Source: Bugula neritina
Taxonomy: Eukaryota > Animalia > Bryozoa
Reading direction: 5' to 3'
Assembly (NCBI GenBank): GCA_964035545.1
Contig: OZ037765.1
Location: 15,500,995 to 15,564,994 of the forward strand
DNA length: 64,000 nt
Below are positions 57,771 through 64,000 of the stretch, one piece after another. The translations under genes were made by a program, and so were the position numbers. A model generated the notes under the pieces. It was given only the letters and a program-made list of their open reading frames with translations. It had not been told where the DNA came from and did no database searches. Within the stretch, counting starts at the first letter, position 1, and every line of letters starts with the position of its first letter.

Positions 57771-59615
57771 TTTGTTTGTTTGTTTGTTTGTATTTTCATC
57801 AAAATAGTAGTTTATGTCATAGTTTGAAAAATAGAAAAAAATCAGTGATGAGGGTCCATATGCACAATAGCAAAGCTAGTCGAGGTGCTGGACCCAGAGG
57901 TAGCAGCCAGCAGAGCCCGCATGACGCGGACCCTAAATCAGTGAGTCAAGCAGGAACTGCTTCAAGGCCACCGCAAACTCACTCCTACTTCGTATCTTCC
58001 TCAGATGTTTTGGGAGGAAGTTCCAGGCATCGGCCATCTGATAGGTAACCTGTCTATGGCCACACGCAGTAGTGGAGAGTGGCAAGGGGAGACTGAGAGG
58101 AGCATGTCTGGTTGGGTAGGGAGGAAGGTAGTTAGATGCTAGGCGTAAATAAAATTCAGAATGGGCGAGTAGACAAATTCGAAGTTTGTAGAGTTCATAA
58201 ATTGGTAATATTTTATATTATTTATATAAATGTGCTGCGTGAAATCGAGGTGGTTTGTGAAAAATTATACGAAGTAGTCTATTTTGAATATTTGAAATTT
58301 TATCTAGGTAAATGGATGGGGCATTGCCCCAGGCTTCTAAGCAATATACAATTTTACTATTAATTAGGCTATTATATAATAGAATTAAAACTTTGCGAGG
58401 TAGGAAGGTGGAAGCTACATAGATCAGTCCCAGATTTTGGCGTGGTGTATTTCAAAGGTTTTTAATATGGGTAGCCCAATTTAAATTTTTATCAATTGTG
58501 ATTCCTAGAAATTTGACTGATTCTGCATTGTTAATTTCGGTATTGTTTATAAAAGAGGTTGGGGGATATGAAATTTATTTTGCGGACTCTTAATAATAAT
58601 AAAATTTGTCTTTTCGATGTTGAGGGTTAATTTGTTTGTGAAGCACCAGATCTTTATTTTTTCAAGATTTCTATTTATTGTTTGAATTTCGTCATTAAGA
58701 TTTTTGTTATGAAAAAAAAGATTTGTGTCATCGGCAAATAAGATGGTGTTAAAGAATTGCGCACTTTTAATTAAGTCATTTATGTATAGTAGGAATAATG
58801 TAGGACCTAAAATCGAACCTTGCGGTACCCCACAACTGATCTTCAGTGAAGCTGAGGTAACATTGTTTAGGAAAACGCATTTAGTTCAGTCACTTAAATA
58901 GTGCTGTATTAGTTTGACAGACTCGTTAGAAAAATTTACACTACTCAGTTTTTTAGTGAGAATATGGTGATCTATTGTATGGAAAGTTTTTGAAAAGTCT
59001 ATAAAAATTTCAAGGACAACCAAACTCGAGTTTAGGGCGGAAAATGCATTATTAGCAAATTTAATCAGGGCATCGTGAGTTCCCTTCAATTTTTAGAATC
59101 CGTATTGGGAGCTTGATATTATTTGTTCATCATACATTTGAATTTGGGTGTTGATAACTTTCTCGTAAATCTTTGAAAAAATAGGTAGGATCGATATAGG
59201 TCTATAATTATTTAAAGATAACTTATTTCCTTTATGTTTGTATATAGGCAAAACTTTGGCGCTTTTCATTTTAGATGGTACGATACAGCTAAGGATAGAG
59301 TTGTTTATTATGTGTGTGAAAGGGGCCGCAAGAAAATCAGCACTATCTTTGACTAGTCTAGGAGCAATTCCATCGAGGCCTTCCGCTTTGTGCTCATTTA
59401 TATTTTTCATCTGCTTTAAAACATCATCTTCATCAACAATTGAAAATTCAAATTTTTTAATGTTTTCTGTGAAGTGTGTTGCAGGGCTACTACATATTTC
59501 CGGGATTTTTTTAGCTAGATTGGGGCCAATTTCAGTAAAATATTTGTTAAAAGAATAAGCTATTTCTTTAGAATTTGTGACGATGCTTGAGTCTGGTAGC
59601 TGGATTTTATTGAAA
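57771..59615 (-). mobile_element. CR1-group (Crack/L2-like) LINE, 3' portion with a dead reverse transcriptase
   Basis: RT motifs NYRPISILPIFSKIYEK, QYGF, IDFSKTF, GVPQGSILGP and FADD (58727-58738), with in-frame stops at 59093 and 58886. 3' stem-loop at 57852-57895 and (CAAA)5 tail at 57771-57790. Confidence 0.92.
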
Positions 59616-59944
59616 CACAGGATAGTTAAGGGCATCCTTACTAAGAATATCATAAATCTAGCTCACAATGTAGTCTAGGTTCTTGCTATGATATTGTTCT
59701 GTGGGTGGCATGCGTGGTGTTGCCTGCCTGTGTATGTTTAGCCTGATATTAGACTATGACCAATAAACAGCAAGCTCAATTAGGGCTGCATTATATATCA
59801 ACATTCCATTGTGGCTACTCTGTAAATGAATTACACACCAAGCTATTCACTAGCTTGTAGGTTAACAGGTCTGTAATTAGTAATGGACAAGCCAATATCT
59901 TCTTATCTCTACGCGTTCACTGAAGCGCGAAGTGATGCGCAGTG
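59616..59944. mobile_element. Fourth, more diverged CACAGG MITE copy, interrupted by an LTR
   Basis: CACAGGATAGTTAAGGGCATCCT after AA. Collinear with the other copies up to ...GAAGCGCGAAGTGATGCGC. Confidence 0.88.
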
Positions 59945-60493
59945 TGTAACGTCTACCCCAGTTTATTGATAACAGGTTGCACTGCTGGAGTTTTGCTGAT
60001 GTTTATTGAAACTAACTGGTAACCAACGTGAAACTACAATGATGAAATTTAATAATAGAGATAATGATGAAAAGAAAAATTAAACATAAAACATTACAAA
60101 ATTGTTGCATAACATTAACAATGGTCAACATACCTCTATTACCCTTCCTGGGGAGAGTTAGAATTAAATATATATTGTGATAGTGAAAGTTTAATCAAAA
60201 ATAAAGAAAGACTAGTTAGAGCTACAACAGTCAGTAGAGAAAAAAAGGCATAAAACACCTTAGCTATTATAACTTCTGGCTACAAGCTATAAAAAGCTGA
60301 CAGCTATTCTGTTAGCAAAATCATTGCATTGTAATAGTGAAAACAAAGCTATTTGTGGTTTTATAAAAAAAGCTGTGGCTAAGTGAGTGGTTAAGTGAGT
60401 AGCTAAGTGAATATAAGGCTGAATGGTGATGAATTGTCTTGTGCCGCTGTATGTAATAGTGTGTAATATAATAAAAATGATCAAAACGCTACA
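59945..60493 (-). mobile_element. 3' LTR (549 bp) of BEL/Pao element 2
   Basis: Minus-strand PPT GGTGGGAG (60494-60501) abuts TGTAGCGT. The far end ...ACGTTACA is a 7/8 inverted match and coincides with loss of MITE homology. Confidence 0.75.
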
Positions 60494-60534
60494 CTCCCAC
60501 CTAAAATTTAGGATGAAATTTTACTTGGTGCTTT

Positions 60535-61940
60535 TACTAAAACTACTAATTTACTCAATGGCCTGACGAGCTGATGGGCCCTCATTTTGTGGTATCCATG
60601 TACTGTTAGTAGCAGCCTCGTGAATTTCACTACTCATTTCAGGACGTTAGACTTGGCATTGACTAGTCAAAAACCATGAGATCAATTATGATCTAGTGTA
60701 GGTCCTAGACCTTGGTGAGCAGGAAGTGAGTGATGATGGCTAATTAGTAGCGCGGTCAAATATGCAGATTTGGGTAAGATGATAGGGTGCTTCTTATCAT
60801 GTGACAGGGTGATACATTCTTGAAATCTCCCACCAATACGAAGTAGAGCTTTTGAGTCTAATAATGGATCTAGCGTTGTCAGACAACTAGATTTTTTTTT
60901 CAGAGTCTGAGATGGCTTGAGCACAGCCATCTCATTTAAAAAATACGCTGCATGAATGAGTTGAAGGATAGTTTGTTTGGCATTTTGAAAATTGAACGGG
61001 GCATTTTTGCTTAAGTGCTTTTGAATTGTGGCAGTTGCCCTGACTGCTCTGTTTTAGTCGGAGAACTTTTCCAAGCGCCCATCAAGTGAAAAGTGAACTG
61101 TTTGTGAGATGAATGACAATGATGACTGTTTTACCTTCACATGTTTAGGGTTTACGTACACCAATGGCTGTGTGGGTAAGATATTAGGTTCGGTCCTGGG
61201 AAATTGTTTCTACTCTCTTTGCAACACATGTGTGAAAACGATCAGCAGTATTACTTATATGGTCAAGAACAACAGTGGAGTCAGAATAGAAGTGTGTGCT
61301 GATGTTTGAAATGTCAAGTTCTTTGATATATTTTGTGACCGATCTGACAGCACTTGCTGCTGCCTGAAGTTTGAGTCATGAAACTTCTCTCATTGGTGCG
61401 ACTTGGGCTTTACCTAAAAGCAGTGCAACATGCACTCGCCTTGCCGAGTTAACTAGTCGAAGGTATGTGCAGTGATCATAGCCCACTGTACTGGCGTCAG
61501 CGAAAGTGTGGTTAAGCAGTTTCCTATGAATCAAAGTCATGAGGAGTGAGACATTGAGGTATGGTGATATGATTGACAGGCGTCAAGTCTGATTTCCAAG
61601 CAGACCATCTGAGTCTGTGAGTGATGCATTCTAATCAAGGTTATTAGAACACGTCTCTTGAAAATGGTTTTGCCCTCAAGAACAAAGAGAGCTATCAGAC
61701 ACAGGGGTTTAAACACTAAAGCTGCTGTGGATAAGACACTTTTCCTAGTGTCCGGTTTGATAATGGACGATGCTGGAATGTGAATTGATTTTGCGCAGTA
61801 TCCCAAAGGACACGAAGTGATCGTTCTTGAAGTAATGAATCGAAGGTGAGATCTAGGGTGGCAAGTGTGTTTGCACACTCACTCCTTGGTAACTGTGATA
61901 TGACAGACTTAATGTTAAAGGCTATTTTGCGGAGCCACAA
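60535..61940 (-). pseudogene. pol: BEL/Pao pol remnants (RT end, RNase H, integrase N-terminus and C-terminus), heavily deleted
   Basis: ERSLRVLWD, HTFADASTVGY...YLRL...LLLGKAQVAP, LDPLLDSKALLRIGGR...KHPIILPK...HQG, and terminal LVRPLSKLVV. Protease, RT core and integrase core are not seen. Confidence 0.88.
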
Positions 61941-62041
61941 TTGACTGGTTTGACAAATGGACTTAGTTTGCTTGGTGAGGGTGATGTGTGTCGTTTATCT
62001 GATGCGTTTTGTTGAGAGCTTTGTCTTTCTGGGTTTTACTG

Positions 62042-63996
62042 TTAATCTGGTTTTATGGTGGGTTGCTTGTTTGAATCATTAGATGTCGTTAGGTTTCTGG
62101 GGTATTTATGCATTTTGTGGAGAGAAGTTGGGTGCCTTTCTTTGCAGATATTGCAAACAGCAGGAGATTCACATTCCTTGGCAATGTGGTTACCATCTAA
62201 ACAGGCATAGCAAAGGCGTTTGTCTCTTATGAACTCATGAACTTCTGAAAATGGCAGAAGGTTTAGCTTGCTGCAAACAGCAGTTTTGTGATTGTACATT
62301 TTGCAAAATATACATGCATGAATGTGTGTTTCAGATTGCTGTGAAGCGACTTCAGTTTTCTGTGTAGCAAATGTCCTCTTTGTTATTATAAGTTTTTCTA
62401 TGATGATATCTTGAGTTTTTTTTTCTTTGCTTGTGTGTTTGATTCATGGAGAGCTTTTGACAATGAATTCCGAGCTATATCACAGTGGTGTGATAAAAAT
62501 GTTATAAACGTTTTTAGAGGAGGAAATCTCCCAGTCTCTCTTTCTAATCTGGTAGACTCATCAGCCCACCTTTCTCCGATTTGATGTGGAATTTTCACTA
62601 TTAACTTTTTATTGGCTGCTTTCGTATTGAGATTGATGTCTGCATCGAGACCATCAATGGATTCCAGTAAATCAATAAAATCTTCTAAAGCTTCTGCATC
62701 TCTTTCGTTTATTTTTGGCCAGTTTTGGAGTTTCTCTAAGTATGCCTCTGTTATTTTTTCTCCTTTCCCATATCTGTCATATAATTTAGCCCAGGCTGCC
62801 TTGTATGAGTGTTCTGTCTTTTGTCTGTAAAGACCTTGGATGGCTTTGTAAGCTCTGCCGTCTACAAACTGTCTTAATTTTAACCATTTTTGTCCGGCTG
62901 AGCTTTTTGAGAGGTTAAAAGCCTCATTGAAGGCCACCTTCCAATCTTGGTATTCCAATGGATTGCCCGAAAACATGGGGGGTTCTGAGGGATGTTGCCT
63001 AATTAGGTTGATAGCTTCAGCGTAATCGTCAGGTGTGAAGGCAGGTTGCTGTTGGTAGCTGGGGTTAGTAATAGGACTTTGATGAGCAAACTGGGGAACA
63101 TTGCTTGAGAGCTCATTGGACTGTAAAAAAGAGTTTGTGGATGTTAGAGGCATTGTGAACTGTAAGAAAGGGTTTGTAGATGCTACAGGTGGGATTGGAA
63201 GAATGCGAGGTTGCATGATATTTTTAGTCAGACGCTGAGGTGTGTGAATGATTGGTTAAGATGGAATAGCTGGTATGATGGATGGGAACTGATTTAGAAG
63301 GGGAGAAGAGCTGTCCTTCTCTTCCTCTTCTTCAATGGCTTGGGCTATGACTTGCTCTTCAGCCTCCGCTGCGTGTATTTCAGCCTGAAGCTCTTGCTGC
63401 TTGATAGCGTGTGTAAGTTGACTGGCTTGCTGTCGTAACTCATGAACTATATTGGCAGATTCTAATTTTATTCTTAGTGCGGCTGCCTTAGCTTTGGATT
63501 GCACCTGCATTAATCTGAGTTGTGACTGTGAGCTAGCACAAGATGAGTGACAGGATGAAGCCGATTTTGAACTAACAAAATGACTAGCAGATCCTAAGAT
63601 CTCGAAGCGCTGATTTTCTTGTGCTGGCTCGAAGCCAGCGGCTTTTGTTTTAGTTGAAAGTTTACTCATTCGACCTATGGCATCACCAATCAATGTTTCA
63701 CAATCGGAATGCAATCTATCCATTTGATTTCAAACCTGAAGATCTGGCTCATGGTCTCCTAGCATCTGGCGCCACTTATCGTAGGTTCCCTCTAAGTTGT
63801 GTTTAACTTGAGATAGTTGGTTTTTATAACCTTCCAATGAGTCGTACGAAATATCCTGTTTTGATGCAAAGTGTGAAACTATAGATTTGTGTAACTCGGC
63901 ACAGTTTTTGATTTCATTGTCTAGTTGTGCAGCTTTCTGATTCATTTTTGTTCTTGAAAATATATGGGGTTTTGAGGCGTTTGATTTAGACATCAC
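62042..63996 (-). pseudogene. gag: BEL/Pao gag, broken into several ORFs
   Basis: DUF1759-like PPMFSGNPLEYQDW...AAWAKLYDRYG, followed by three Cys/His knuckles (CIFCKMYNHKTAVC, CYACLDGNHIAKEC, CNICKERHPTSLH) typical of BEL/Pao. Confidence 0.9.
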
Positions 63997-64000
63997 TTAT

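Noticed and set aside
57671-59558. Plus-strand ORFs 57671-58048, 58136-58363 and 59238-59558
   Set aside because: Antisense shadows of the Gypsy and LINE sequences with no recognisable domain.

Overview
Eukaryotic (probably animal, since BEL/Pao elements are present) heterochromatin with no supportable host gene. Bases 1 to ~48,845 are a 10-bp satellite (AAYAYACTGH) that alternates as the 20-mer AACATACTGA-AATATACTGC. It is very homogeneous on the left, with a 1,611-bp higher-order repeat nested in an ~8.5-kb-offset near-identical duplication, and it diverges progressively after ~37.4 kb. It is interrupted by three copies of a CACAGG...CCTGTG non-autonomous DNA transposon and by one 419-bp fold-back element. 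After a ~240-bp spacer, an older related 10-bp array runs in the opposite orientation (~49.1-54.9 kb). The last 9 kb is an apparent five-layer nest of dead transposons: BEL/Pao, Gypsy, CR1-group LINE, CACAGG MITE, second BEL/Pao. The hundreds of 'MLQYISVCCS' ORFs are a by-product of the satellite having no stop codon on one strand. The layout resembles the edge of a centromeric or pericentromeric array, which is inference. I found no new protein-coding system. All coordinates and similarities were read by eye.
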